The notes below the pieces were generated by a model that worked only from the letters and a program-made list of their open reading frames with translations, was not told the DNA's origin and made no database searches. DNA of 59,004 nucleotides from Rhodobacterales bacterium (GTDB taxonomy: Bacteria; Pseudomonadota; Alphaproteobacteria; Rhodobacterales; Rhodobacteraceae), in the NCBI GenBank assembly GCA_041737515.1, contig JBGSRQ010000315.1, positions 1 through 59,004 of the forward strand, read 5' to 3'. The stretch's first letter is position 1, and every line of letters starts with the position of its first letter. The position numbers and the translations under genes were made by a program. This document shows positions 32,986 through 41,250 of this stretch, one piece after another.

Positions 32986-34662
32986 TCAGAGTCGCAGATC
33001 AAGCCCTGCAGAGTTGGTTTTCATGGTGCGCTCGGCCGGTGCAAGGCGCACGGCGGCGGGTTCAGCGTCTGATGCTTGCGGTTCATCGCCGAAAGGCAGT
33101 TGCGGTTGCGAGCGGGTGAAACCGCCAGAACCACCTTGGGAAAACTGCAGCGTCGCGCCCGAAAATCCGGCGCCCCGAAGTTCTGCCGTCAGTTGATCGG
33201 CGTGGCGGCGCATCAGATCAAGGGTTTCGGGTCGGTCGGCAGAAACCATCACGCGCACATCACCGGCATCCTGCGAGATCGTCATGCGCAAATGACCCAG
33301 TTCTTCCGGCGCAAGGGTCAGCGTGACATGGCCTGTCGGCGCCGCTTTCACATGTGCCACAATCGTCGGGGCCAGTGGTTCTGCTGATACGACAGCGTAA
33401 CCCGTCACATGGGTCACAAGGATTCTGGATAACGGTTGAGGGTCGGGAAGCGTACCCCCCACAGGCAGTGTCTGCCTGACGACTGAAACAGGACTGTTCG
33501 CGAAATCCGTGCCTTGGACAACTTCTGTGTAGACATCTGTCTTTATGGCAAGGGCATTTGGATCGGTGTTTATTTCAGGCGGCGCAGGCATCTGCATGTG
33601 TGCGGTGGGTCGCAGATTCGGTTCTTCACGTTTGCGTTCAGCAAGAGGCGGCGTCAAACTTGGTTCCGAGGCGAGGCCTTCCGGAACAGAATCACCACTC
33701 GGCGCCACCTGTTCCGGGCCTGACTGGATCCGCGTTTGCGTGGATTTAATGGGGACAATCTGATCAGACGGAAGTGCCGCAGCAACCTGAGGCATCAGCC
33801 CTTGCGCCACCCAAAGCCGCTCGGTCGAGGATTGGAAACGTTCGGGTCTGGTCTTCACGCCCGTCTGTGATGGAACTTGAACAGGATGATTCGGTGTTTC
33901 GACCGGAATGGATTTGCCAGACCAGACCAGACCGGCCGGGGCTGTGGTCTTGCCCGCCACCTCCACTTTCTCCACCGTTTCAGCCATATCAACAGGCGAC
34001 GATACCACCGCAACGTCTGGCTGGCGTGAAGGAGTGCCGGGCACCTTGGCGTCGGCCATATTTTTCAGGTGATCAGCGTTTGTCGGTTCAACCCGGCTTG
34101 CTACATCAGCACTATGACCGTCGATCAGGGCACGTTGCGCGGAGCGTGGCACCTGTGACAACGGATCGTGCGCCACCGGACCCGCCGTCAGATTAGCAGC
34201 GTCATTTACCGGAGACGGTTCTGCAATATCTTCCGGTGGAAGTGCCGGTCGTAGCTGGCCTGGCTGAACAATCGCGGCTGCGAACACCGTGACATCTGTC
34301 GGACCATCCGGAACCTTCGCGTCGTTCGGTTCGTCGTAAGGATCGATGGAAATATGCGCAGGTGCAATGCCGCTTTGTGCCGCAACAACCTGCTCCGGGC
34401 CGCCACCGCCCACAGTCGGCACCAATGTCTGCGGCGCCGGAACAAGGGTTGAAGCCGGAAAAAGCGACAGATACGCGGCATCCATGGCCGCGTGTTCCAG
34501 ACGCCTGGTCACAACAGGCGGCGCCCGTTCAGGACCAATTTCAGGCATCAATTCGACATCAAGCAGGAACATCTCGTCCTGCACAGTCGGAACTTCGGCC
34601 GCGCCAACGCCTTGCGCTATTGCACCAGGATTAACGAAAGCAAGGGCGGTTGCAGTTTGCAT
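32986..34662 (-). CDS. fliK: flagellar hook-length control protein FliK
   Basis: 558 aa. Pro/Ala-rich disordered body and a C-terminal Flg_hook-type domain (LTLAPEELGHLRMTISQDAGDVRVMVSADRPETLDLMRRHADQLTAELRGAGF). Confidence 0.85.
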   Translation of the reverse strand: MQTATALAFVNPGAIAQGVGAAEVPTVQDEMFLLDVELMPEIGPERAPPVVTRRLEHAAMDAAYLSLFPASTLVPAPQTLVPTVGGGGPEQVVAAQSGIAPAHISIDPYDEPNDAKVPDGPTDVTVFAAAIVQPGQLRPALPPEDIAEPSPVNDAANLTAGPVAHDPLSQVPRSAQRALIDGHSADVASRVEPTNADHLKNMADAKVPGTPSRQPDVAVVSSPVDMAETVEKVEVAGKTTAPAGLVWSGKSIPVETPNHPVQVPSQTGVKTRPERFQSSTERLWVAQGLMPQVAAALPSDQIVPIKSTQTRIQSGPEQVAPSGDSVPEGLASEPSLTPPLAERKREEPNLRPTAHMQMPAPPEINTDPNALAIKTDVYTEVVQGTDFANSPVSVVRQTLPVGGTLPDPQPLSRILVTHVTGYAVVSAEPLAPTIVAHVKAAPTGHVTLTLAPEELGHLRMTISQDAGDVRVMVSADRPETLDLMRRHADQLTAELRGAGFSGATLQFSQGGSGGFTRSQPQLPFGDEPQASDAEPAAVRLAPAERTMKTNSAGLDLRL

Positions 34663-34712
34663 GGCGAATGTCCCGACTTCTGCCGTTCTGCGCCGACTAT
34701 TGCTGCGATTGC

Positions 34713-34727
34713 TTACCAGTTGTTTAC
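34713..34727. promoter_or_regulatory. CtrA-box-like motif TTAC-N7-TTAC in the fliK / flgJ-like divergent region
   Basis: 6 of 8 match to TTAA-N7-TTAA, read directly. Confidence 0.2.
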
Positions 34728-34774
34728 TGAAGGGCCGTCATAGTCAGGAAAATTGAACTGATCGGATATGGCAT

Positions 34775-35059
34775 ATGGCTGACATTTCCCCTGTCTCCGC
34801 TGCGCGCGCCCTGCCTCAGGACGCCCGGGCGCAACTGCGCGAAAAGGCGCAACAGCTTGAGTCGGCGTTCTTGTCGGAAATGCTGGGATATGCAGGGTTT
34901 GGCAAAACCCGCGACAGTTTCGGCGGCGGCATCGGCGAAGATCAGTTCGCGTCCTTCCTGCGTGAGGCACAGGCGAAATCCATGGTCCGTGCCGGCGGTA
35001 TTGGCCTTTCCGAATCGCTGTTTCAAGCTTTGGTCAAGGGGCTTGACGACAATGGATGA
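34775..35059 (+). CDS. flgJ: rod-binding protein (single-domain FlgJ-like, no muramidase domain)
   Basis: 94 aa. AQQLESAFLSEMLGYAG...FASFLREAQAKSMVRAGGIGLSESL matches the Rod-binding/FlgJ N-terminal pattern. Confidence 0.75.
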   Translation: MADISPVSAARALPQDARAQLREKAQQLESAFLSEMLGYAGFGKTRDSFGGGIGEDQFASFLREAQAKSMVRAGGIGLSESLFQALVKGLDDNG

Positions 35060-35393
35060 ACGCTTGGGCCCTGCCGCACTTGAGACACTATTGGATAATG
35101 TGCACACCGCCGTTCTTGCAGGTGATCATGCGACATTGCTGCAATTGACCCCTTTCATCGAACAGGGCCTGGCGCGCCTTGATCCGATTGCCAATCTTGA
35201 AATCGCCCAGCGCCTGCAGCGCAAGGCCGAGCGGAATGCAACATGTCTCCAGGCGGCGCTGCGCGGCATTCGGGCGGCCCATCGGCGCGTGCAAGAGGTC
35301 GGGGCCGCCCGGTCCGGTTTTGCAACCTATGACGGTGCAGGTCGGCGGGCCCGGATTTCCAATGGCGACGTCGCAATGACGCGCCGGTTCTGA
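35052..35393 (+). CDS. hypothetical flagellar-cluster protein (113 aa, helical; FlgN-like chaperone is a guess)
   Basis: ATG 35052 overlaps the flgJ-like stop (ATGGATGA). High GC3. The ORF-track 5' extension overlaps flgJ-like out of frame and was rejected. Confidence 0.55.
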   Translation: MDERLGPAALETLLDNVHTAVLAGDHATLLQLTPFIEQGLARLDPIANLEIAQRLQRKAERNATCLQAALRGIRAAHRRVQEVGAARSGFATYDGAGRRARISNGDVAMTRRF

Positions 35394-35406
35394 TCGTATG
35401 TTTGGC

Positions 35407-35421
35407 TTAAATTGTGCATAA
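35407..35421. promoter_or_regulatory. CtrA-box-like motif TTAA-N7-ATAA upstream of flagellin
   Basis: 7 of 8 match to TTAA-N7-TTAA, 190 nt upstream of the flagellin ATG. Confidence 0.3.
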
Positions 35422-35549
35422 ATCGGTGTTTGTTGAACCAGGCAGCTTAGGGAAGCCTTAGAACTTTGCCGCCAAGACTGATGCTGCATCCCACAACCGG
35501 GATGGCGCGGTCAGCCTTTTCGCTCCGCAGGGGTAAGAAAACCAGTCCT

Positions 35550-35566
35550 GCCGCCACTTTGGCGGC
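35550..35566 (+). other. 7-bp hairpin in the putative flagellin 5' leader
   Basis: GCCGCCA-ctt-TGGCGGC, 45 nt upstream of the ATG. RBS AAGGAA lies downstream. Confidence 0.5.
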
Positions 35567-35610
35567 GCCAAACGCCACGCGCAAAGCGCAGGCCTGATAA
35601 GGAACGTAAA

Positions 35611-36816
35611 ATGTCGTCTGTTCTGACCAATACAAGTGCGATGGTTGCCCTTCAGACACTGAAAGGCATCAACAAAAACCTGAACGTGACACAGGCAGAG
35701 ATTGCCACCGGAAAATCGGTGTCCAACGCCAAGGACAACTCGGCCGTCTATGCGATCTCCAAAGTCATGGAGTCGGATGTGAAGGGCTTCAAGGGCATTT
35801 CCGACAGTCTTGCACTCGGATCGTCAACCGTTGCCGTGGGCCGTCAGGCGGCAGAACGCGTGACCGACCTTTTGACCGAAATCAAGGGCAAGGTTGTTGC
35901 GGCGCAGGAATCCAACGTCGACCGCAACAAGATCCAGACCGACATCACGGCACTGACGGACCAGATCAAAACGGTTGTCGGCGCCGCCCAGTTCAACGGC
36001 CTGAACCTGGTGGACGGATCGCAGACCACGGTCAACATCCTGTCGTCGCTTGACCGGTCGGCTACGGGCGTGAAGGCATCGCAGATTGGTGTCACAGCGC
36101 AGAACCTTTCAACCGGTGGCTACACTGCCAAAGCCGTGCTGACGGGATCGACGGGCGCCTCAACAGGTGCCGATACGGCTGGTTTCGCGCTGGATGCGGC
36201 AACCGGAACTGGCAACATCGTCATCGACGATAGCACGACGGCCTTTGCGGCCGGGGACAAGATCGCGATCAACATTGGGGGAAAATCGGCAAGCTACACG
36301 GTGACGGCCGAAGATGTTGCCTCTACCACCACGGCCGATATCGTTGCCGTCGGCTTGAAAGGGGCAGTGGAATCGTTGGGTATCGCCGGTCTGACCGTGG
36401 ACTATGACAGCGGCACAGCCGGAACGCTGGTGTTCACCAACGGCGGAACCAAGGATCTCTCCGCCAGCGCGCAATTCACCAATGCCAATTCAGGTGGCCT
36501 GGGCGCATTGGCGTCGATCGACGTCTCGACCAGCCTCGGCGCGTCGTCAGCACTGGGCAACATTGAAACGCTGATCCAGACGTCGATTGACGCTGCCGCA
36601 TCGTTCGGCTCGGCACAAAAGCGGGTCGATATTCAGAAAGAGTTCATCGGTGAACTGAGCGACGCCCTGAAATCCGGGATCGGCGCATTGGTCGATGCCG
36701 ATCTGGAGGAAGCCTCGGCACGGTTGCAGGCGCTTCAGGTTCAACAGCAGTTGGGCACACAGGCTCTGTCGATTGCTAACCAGGCACCGCAGAACATCCT
36801 GTCACTGTTCCGGTAA
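35611..36816 (+). CDS. fliC: flagellin
   Basis: 401 aa. Conserved N-terminus (MSSVLTNTSAMVALQTLKGINKNL) and C-terminus (LQALQVQQQLGTQALSIANQAPQNILSLFR). Thr/Gly/Ala-rich variable middle. Confidence 0.96.
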   Translation: MSSVLTNTSAMVALQTLKGINKNLNVTQAEIATGKSVSNAKDNSAVYAISKVMESDVKGFKGISDSLALGSSTVAVGRQAAERVTDLLTEIKGKVVAAQESNVDRNKIQTDITALTDQIKTVVGAAQFNGLNLVDGSQTTVNILSSLDRSATGVKASQIGVTAQNLSTGGYTAKAVLTGSTGASTGADTAGFALDAATGTGNIVIDDSTTAFAAGDKIAINIGGKSASYTVTAEDVASTTTADIVAVGLKGAVESLGIAGLTVDYDSGTAGTLVFTNGGTKDLSASAQFTNANSGGLGALASIDVSTSLGASSALGNIETLIQTSIDAAASFGSAQKRVDIQKEFIGELSDALKSGIGALVDADLEEASARLQALQVQQQLGTQALSIANQAPQNILSLFR

Positions 36817-36822
36817 GCGGTA

Positions 36823-36852
36823 CGGGCCGGGGCGACTGATTGCTCCGGCCCG
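36823..36852 (+). terminator. hairpin downstream of flagellin (possible terminator)
   Basis: CGGGCCGG-14 nt-CCGGCCCG, 7 nt after the stop. No clear U-tract. Confidence 0.4.
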
Positions 36853-36903
36853 CATCCGTTCTGAAACTGAATTTGTCCGCACGCACAGCTGAAAGTGACC
36901 CCG

Positions 36904-37281
36904 ATGAACGCCTTCACCTCAAGCCGCAGCGCCTATGCGCAACACACCACCCCTGCAAGAAACCCGCGCAGCATCGAATACGATCTGATCGCGCGCACAA
37001 CGAACCGGCTCTCAACGGCCAATGACTTGAAATCAAATAATTATTCGGAATTTGTTGGCGCGCTGAACGATAACCTGATGGTCTGGTCGACGCTTGCCTC
37101 TGACGTTGCGGAACCTGGCAACGGGTTGCCCGCACAACTGCGCGCGCAACTGTTCTATCTGTACGAATTCACCGCCGATCACAGCAGCAAGGTTCTGTCT
37201 GGCGACGGCAACATCGACGTGCTGATTGATATCAACACAGCCGTGATGCGTGGCCTGCGCGGCAACGGAGTCCCGAAATGA
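36904..37281 (+). CDS. flaF: flagellar biosynthesis regulator FlaF
   Basis: YAQHTTPARNPRSIEYDLIARTTNRL... matches the FlaF family. ATG 36904; alternative GTG at 36895. Confidence 0.88.
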   Translation: MNAFTSSRSAYAQHTTPARNPRSIEYDLIARTTNRLSTANDLKSNNYSEFVGALNDNLMVWSTLASDVAEPGNGLPAQLRAQLFYLYEFTADHSSKVLSGDGNIDVLIDINTAVMRGLRGNGVPK

Positions 37282-37682
37282 GCGGGCTGGTCCTGAAACT
37301 GGGACCGCACGAACGCGTCCTGATCAATGGTGCCGTCATCGAAAACGGCGAGCGCCGCTCGCGGTTGGCAATCATGACGCCAAACGCCCATATCCTGCGC
37401 CTGCGTGATGCCATTCACCCGGAAGAGGTGAACACGCCGGTGCGCCGGGTCTGCTACATCGCGCAGCTTGTCCTTTCGGGAGATGCCGAGGCCGGCGTGG
37501 CACGGATGCAATTGCTGCGCGGAATCGAACAACTGAGCCAGGTTCTGACCGATCATGACAGCAGAACCCATCTGTCGGTTGCCACCGCCGCTGTGCTGGA
37601 AGATCAGCATTACATGGCCCTGAAGGCCCTGCGTGCCCTGCTTCCGCGCGAAGACCGGCTGATGGCCGCCGCAACAGCATGA
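37278..37682 (+). CDS. flbT: flagellin synthesis repressor FlbT
   Basis: MSGLVLKLGPHERVLINGAVIENGERRSRLAI is the FlbT N-terminal signature. ATGA overlap with flaF. Confidence 0.9.
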   Translation: MSGLVLKLGPHERVLINGAVIENGERRSRLAIMTPNAHILRLRDAIHPEEVNTPVRRVCYIAQLVLSGDAEAGVARMQLLRGIEQLSQVLTDHDSRTHLSVATAAVLEDQHYMALKALRALLPREDRLMAAATA

Positions 37683-38512
37683 CCTTTCCACCCGTCATAC
37701 CCTTTTCAGGCTATGCCGGGTGGACATTCCTGCAGCGCACCTCCCCCCAGCAACGCGCCGTGTTTGAAGCGGTGCCCACCAGCAAACGGGATGAGGATTA
37801 TTTTCGGGAAAAGATCGGCTCTGTCAAAACCGCAGATGATCTGGTCGGTGACCGGCGGTTGCTCAAAGTGGCGCTGGGGGCATTTGGCCTCGACTCCGAT
37901 CTCGACAACAAGTTCTTCATCAAGAAAGTTCTTGAAGGTGGAACACTGACTGCAGGCGCGCTTGCCAACCGTCTGGCGGACAAGCAATATCTTGCCTTGT
38001 CTGCCGAGTTCGGGTTTGGCGATTTCGGGGTACCCAGCACGCAGCTTTCCACCTTTGCCGACAAGCTTCTGTCCAAATACAGGGACAGGCAGTTTGAAAT
38101 TGCCGTGGGCACCCAGAACAGCGATCTGCGCCTGGCGATGAATGCTTCGCGAGAGTTGGGCACGCTTGCCTCACGGTCTATCGGTGAAACAACGAAATGG
38201 TACTCGGTGTTGGGAAGCGCGCCCCTGAGACAGGTTTTTCAACAAGCGCTCGGGCTGCCTTCCAGCATCGCAGGCATTGATCTGGATCAGCAGCTTGGGG
38301 TGTTTCAGGCCAAGGCAGAAAGAATTTTTGGCAGCAATGACATCTCGCAGTTCTCCGATCCGGCCAAGGTTGACAAGCTGATCCGCCAGTTCCTCGTACG
38401 GTCAGATCTGGTGGGCGGTCTTTCGGCCTCGGCGCGGGGGGCGGGGGCGCTGACGCTGCTGCAGACCAGTGCACAATCGGCCGGGGCCAATATTCTGGCC
38501 CTGTTACGCTGA
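37679..38512 (+). CDS. DUF1217-like flagellar-cluster protein
   Basis: 277 aa. SGYAGWTFLQRT...YFREKIGSVKTADDLVGDRRLLKVALGAFGL pattern repeated in a second half. ATGA overlap with flbT. Confidence 0.75.
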   Translation: MTFPPVIPFSGYAGWTFLQRTSPQQRAVFEAVPTSKRDEDYFREKIGSVKTADDLVGDRRLLKVALGAFGLDSDLDNKFFIKKVLEGGTLTAGALANRLADKQYLALSAEFGFGDFGVPSTQLSTFADKLLSKYRDRQFEIAVGTQNSDLRLAMNASRELGTLASRSIGETTKWYSVLGSAPLRQVFQQALGLPSSIAGIDLDQQLGVFQAKAERIFGSNDISQFSDPAKVDKLIRQFLVRSDLVGGLSASARGAGALTLLQTSAQSAGANILALLR

Positions 38513-39826
38513 TCCCTTGGCGGCAACGCAGGCTGCCAGACGCTCGAAGCTGACTTCAATCCCTGACGGCGCATCCTCGGCCAGAAATGCATCGAGCGCG
38601 GGCCAGACGCGGATCGCGGCATCAACCAGAGGGTCTGATCCTTTGGCATAAAGGCCGGCCTGGATCATCATTTCTGCCCGTTCATAGGCGCCAAGAAGCT
38701 TGCGTGCTTCGGAAATCAGTTTGTTTTCATTCGCGCTGGCAGCGCCCGGCAGGCTGCGAGACACTGATTTCAGCAGATCGATCGCAGGATAGCGGCCACG
38801 TTCTGCAATCGTGCGGTCCATAACCACATGGCCGTCCAGAACCCCCCGCAGAATATCCGCAACCGGCTCGTCCATGTCTGATCCCGCGACGAGCACGGTA
38901 AAGATCGCCGTGATATCGCCAGACCCCTCCGGCCCCGGCCCCGCCCGTTCCGCCAGCGACATGATCGTATGCGAGGTCGACGCAGGAAAGCCGCGGAGGT
39001 TCCCAACTTCCCCCGCCGCAAGGGCCACTTCCCGGTGCGCTTCGGCAAAGCGGGTGATCGAATCCGTCAGAAGAAGCACATGCAGACCCTGGTCACGAAA
39101 ATGCTCCGCAACGGCCATCGCCGTCCAGGCACAGCGGCGGCGGATCAACGGCGACTGATCCGACGTCGCTGTAACGACAACGGCCCGTTTCATCCCCTCG
39201 GCCCCCAATACATGCTCGGTGAATTCGCGCAACTCGCGTCCTCGCTCGCCGACCAGCGCGATCACAACGATATCGGCAGAAAGTCCGCGCGCAAATTTGG
39301 CCAGAAGCGACGATTTGCCCACGCCCGAGCCCGCAAAAAGCCCGATCCGCTGTCCCCGCACAATCGGTAGTAGTGTATCAAACACCGCGACTCCGGTAGC
39401 CAGACGCTCGCCCAGACGGCGCCTGCTGGCCGCCGCAGGGGCCGCCGCGCGCAGGGATCGCGCAACAGCTCCTCGAAACAACGGTCGGCCGTCCTGAGGC
39501 TTGCCGAATGGGTCGATGATGCGCCCGATCCAGAAATCATTCGGCGCAATCTCTGCCGCACCAACACGTTCAACCCGGTCGCCGATGGCCAGACCATCAG
39601 CGCTTCCATCAGGCAGAACGGTCAACACATCCCGCGACAGATGCAAAACCTCACCGCCGATCGCACCGTCCGAACCGTGAATAAGAACTCTGTCACCCAA
39701 TCCCGCGACATCGCCCAGCCCACTGAGCCGCACCGTACCGCGACCGAGTTCAGTGATGCGACCGACCCGGTTGGCAAGACAGACCGAGCCGATCTCGGCG
39801 CGCAATCCATCAAAAACTCCGGTCAT
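38504..39826 (-). CDS. fliI: flagellum-specific ATPase FliI
   Basis: 440 aa from ATG 39826 (RBS GAGGGA). Walker A GSGVGKS, Walker B VLLLTDS. Confidence 0.93.
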   Translation of the reverse strand: MTGVFDGLRAEIGSVCLANRVGRITELGRGTVRLSGLGDVAGLGDRVLIHGSDGAIGGEVLHLSRDVLTVLPDGSADGLAIGDRVERVGAAEIAPNDFWIGRIIDPFGKPQDGRPLFRGAVARSLRAAAPAAASRRRLGERLATGVAVFDTLLPIVRGQRIGLFAGSGVGKSSLLAKFARGLSADIVVIALVGERGRELREFTEHVLGAEGMKRAVVVTATSDQSPLIRRRCAWTAMAVAEHFRDQGLHVLLLTDSITRFAEAHREVALAAGEVGNLRGFPASTSHTIMSLAERAGPGPEGSGDITAIFTVLVAGSDMDEPVADILRGVLDGHVVMDRTIAERGRYPAIDLLKSVSRSLPGAASANENKLISEARKLLGAYERAEMMIQAGLYAKGSDPLVDAAIRVWPALDAFLAEDAPSGIEVSFERLAACVAAKGSA

Positions 39827-39873
39827 TTCATTCCCTCTTTGTTCACTGCTTACCCTTTCTAAAGGAATCAGTC

Positions 39874-39888
39874 TTAAACCTTGATGAA
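39874..39888. promoter_or_regulatory. CtrA-box-like motif TTAA-N7-TGAA in the fliI / flgB divergent region
   Basis: 7 of 8 match to TTAA-N7-TTAA. 48 nt from the fliI ATG and 23 nt from the flgB ATG. Confidence 0.25.
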
Positions 39889-39910
39889 GTTGGTCGAGGG
39901 AGAAGCCCCG

Positions 39911-40291
39911 ATGTTCGAAAAACTCGAAATCACCCGAATGGCGCAATCATTGGCGTCCTATGCCGGGGCACGACAAGACGCGGTTTCGCGCAATGTCGCT
40001 AATGCCGATACGCCGGGATACCGCGCGCTCGACATGCCCGATTTCACCACTGTCTACGGTGAAGAAAGTTCGATGCGATCCACCCGGCCCGAGCATCAGA
40101 TGCAGCATGGCCAGATGGACCTGACACTGGTGCGAACCGCAGGCAGCGGTGCATCACCCAATGGCAATACCGTCTCGCTGGAAGGCGAAATGGTCAAGGC
40201 CGTGGTCGTCAAGGAACAGCACGACATGGCGCTCGCCATCTATCGCAGCACGTCGGATGTGATCCGCGCCAGCCTTGGGCGGGGGCGCTAA
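39911..40291 (+). CDS. flgB: flagellar basal-body rod protein FlgB
   Basis: ATG 39911 preceded by GAGGGAGAA. RNVANADTPGYRA rod-protein N-terminal motif. Confidence 0.9.
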   Translation: MFEKLEITRMAQSLASYAGARQDAVSRNVANADTPGYRALDMPDFTTVYGEESSMRSTRPEHQMQHGQMDLTLVRTAGSGASPNGNTVSLEGEMVKAVVVKEQHDMALAIYRSTSDVIRASLGRGR

Positions 40292-40294
40292 GAG

Positions 40295-40675
40295 ATGGCA
40301 GATCTTGTGACATCACTTGGCATGGCCGCCTCGGGAATGGAGGCGCAGGCGGCACGTTTGCGCCACGTTTCTGAAAACATCGCCAACGCCGATACCCCCG
40401 GTTACCACCGCAAAACGATCAGCTTTCAGGAAGCGATGGATGGCGGTTCGGTCAGGGCCGGCCCGGTGCGGCTAGACCGCAGCGCTTTGACGAAAATCTA
40501 CGATCCCAGCCACCCGATGGCGGATGAAACCGGTCACTATGACGGCTCGAATGTCGATCTGGTGATCGAAATTGCTGACGCGCGCGAAGCGCAGCGCAGC
40601 TACGAGGCGAACCTTCGCATGTTCGATCAGGCGCGGCAAATGACGCAAAGCCTGTTCGAATTGCTTCGCCGATAG
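40295..40675 (+). CDS. flgC: flagellar basal-body rod protein FlgC
   Basis: SENIANADTPGYHRK ... EIADAREAQRSYEANL. Confidence 0.93.
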   Translation: MADLVTSLGMAASGMEAQAARLRHVSENIANADTPGYHRKTISFQEAMDGGSVRAGPVRLDRSALTKIYDPSHPMADETGHYDGSNVDLVIEIADAREAQRSYEANLRMFDQARQMTQSLFELLRR

Positions 40676-40687
40676 AGGAGGTCCAGA

Positions 40688-40975
40688 ATGGATATCAATG
40701 CTTCTTTTGCCGCGCAGACCTATGCGCAAGCCCGGAAGGTTGCAGCCCCCCAGCCGCAACCTTCCGGAGCCTCTGGTTTCGCCGGAATGGCGACCAGTTT
40801 CATCGAAACGCTGAACACGGGCGAGGCGACAGCACGCGCCGCGATGACCGGTGGTGCAGATCCGCACGCTTTGGTGCAGGCCCTGTCGGCCACCAGTCTT
40901 GCCGTCGAAACCGTGGCCACTGTGCGCGACAAGGTGGTTGAGGCATATCAGGAAATCCTGCGGATGCCGGTGTGA
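40688..40975 (+). CDS. fliE: flagellar hook-basal body complex protein FliE
   Basis: 95 aa. C-terminal LAVETVATVRDKVVEAYQEILRMPV. Confidence 0.88.
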   Translation: MDINASFAAQTYAQARKVAAPQPQPSGASGFAGMATSFIETLNTGEATARAAMTGGADPHALVQALSATSLAVETVATVRDKVVEAYQEILRMPV

Positions 40976-40982
40976 GGATACC

Positions 40983-41249
40983 ATGACCGAAGCCGACATT
41001 TTTGACACCCTGCGCCAAGGTCTGTGGGTCGCCGTTCTGATGTCGGCGCCACTGCTGGCAGTTGCGCTGGTCGCAGGTCTGACCATTGGTCTGTTTCAGG
41101 CGTTGACCTCGGTGCAGGAAATGACCCTGACCTTCGTGCCCAAGGTCGGCGCGATGCTGATCGTTTTCTGGGTCTCGATGAGCTTCATGACGTCAACGCT
41201 GGTCGCGTATTTCACCGACCGCATCATACCGATGATCGCAGGAAGCTGA
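40983..41249 (+). CDS. fliQ: flagellar export apparatus protein FliQ
   Basis: 88 aa from ATG 40983. Two TM helices and the FliQ motif GLFQALTSVQEMTLTFVPK. Confidence 0.92.
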   Translation: MTEADIFDTLRQGLWVAVLMSAPLLAVALVAGLTIGLFQALTSVQEMTLTFVPKVGAMLIVFWVSMSFMTSTLVAYFTDRIIPMIAGS

Positions 41250-41250
41250 T

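Noticed and set aside
31909-33072. 387-aa plus-strand ORF spanning the APH kinase, flgD and the end of fliK
   Set aside because: It crosses two intergenic gaps and three well-supported minus-strand genes. Its Arg/Cys/Gly-rich product is typical of non-coding frames.
33500-34300. Proline/alanine-rich low-complexity coding region that might look like a repeat array
   Set aside because: It is the disordered ruler region of FliK, where such composition is normal. No exact nucleotide tandem repeats were seen.
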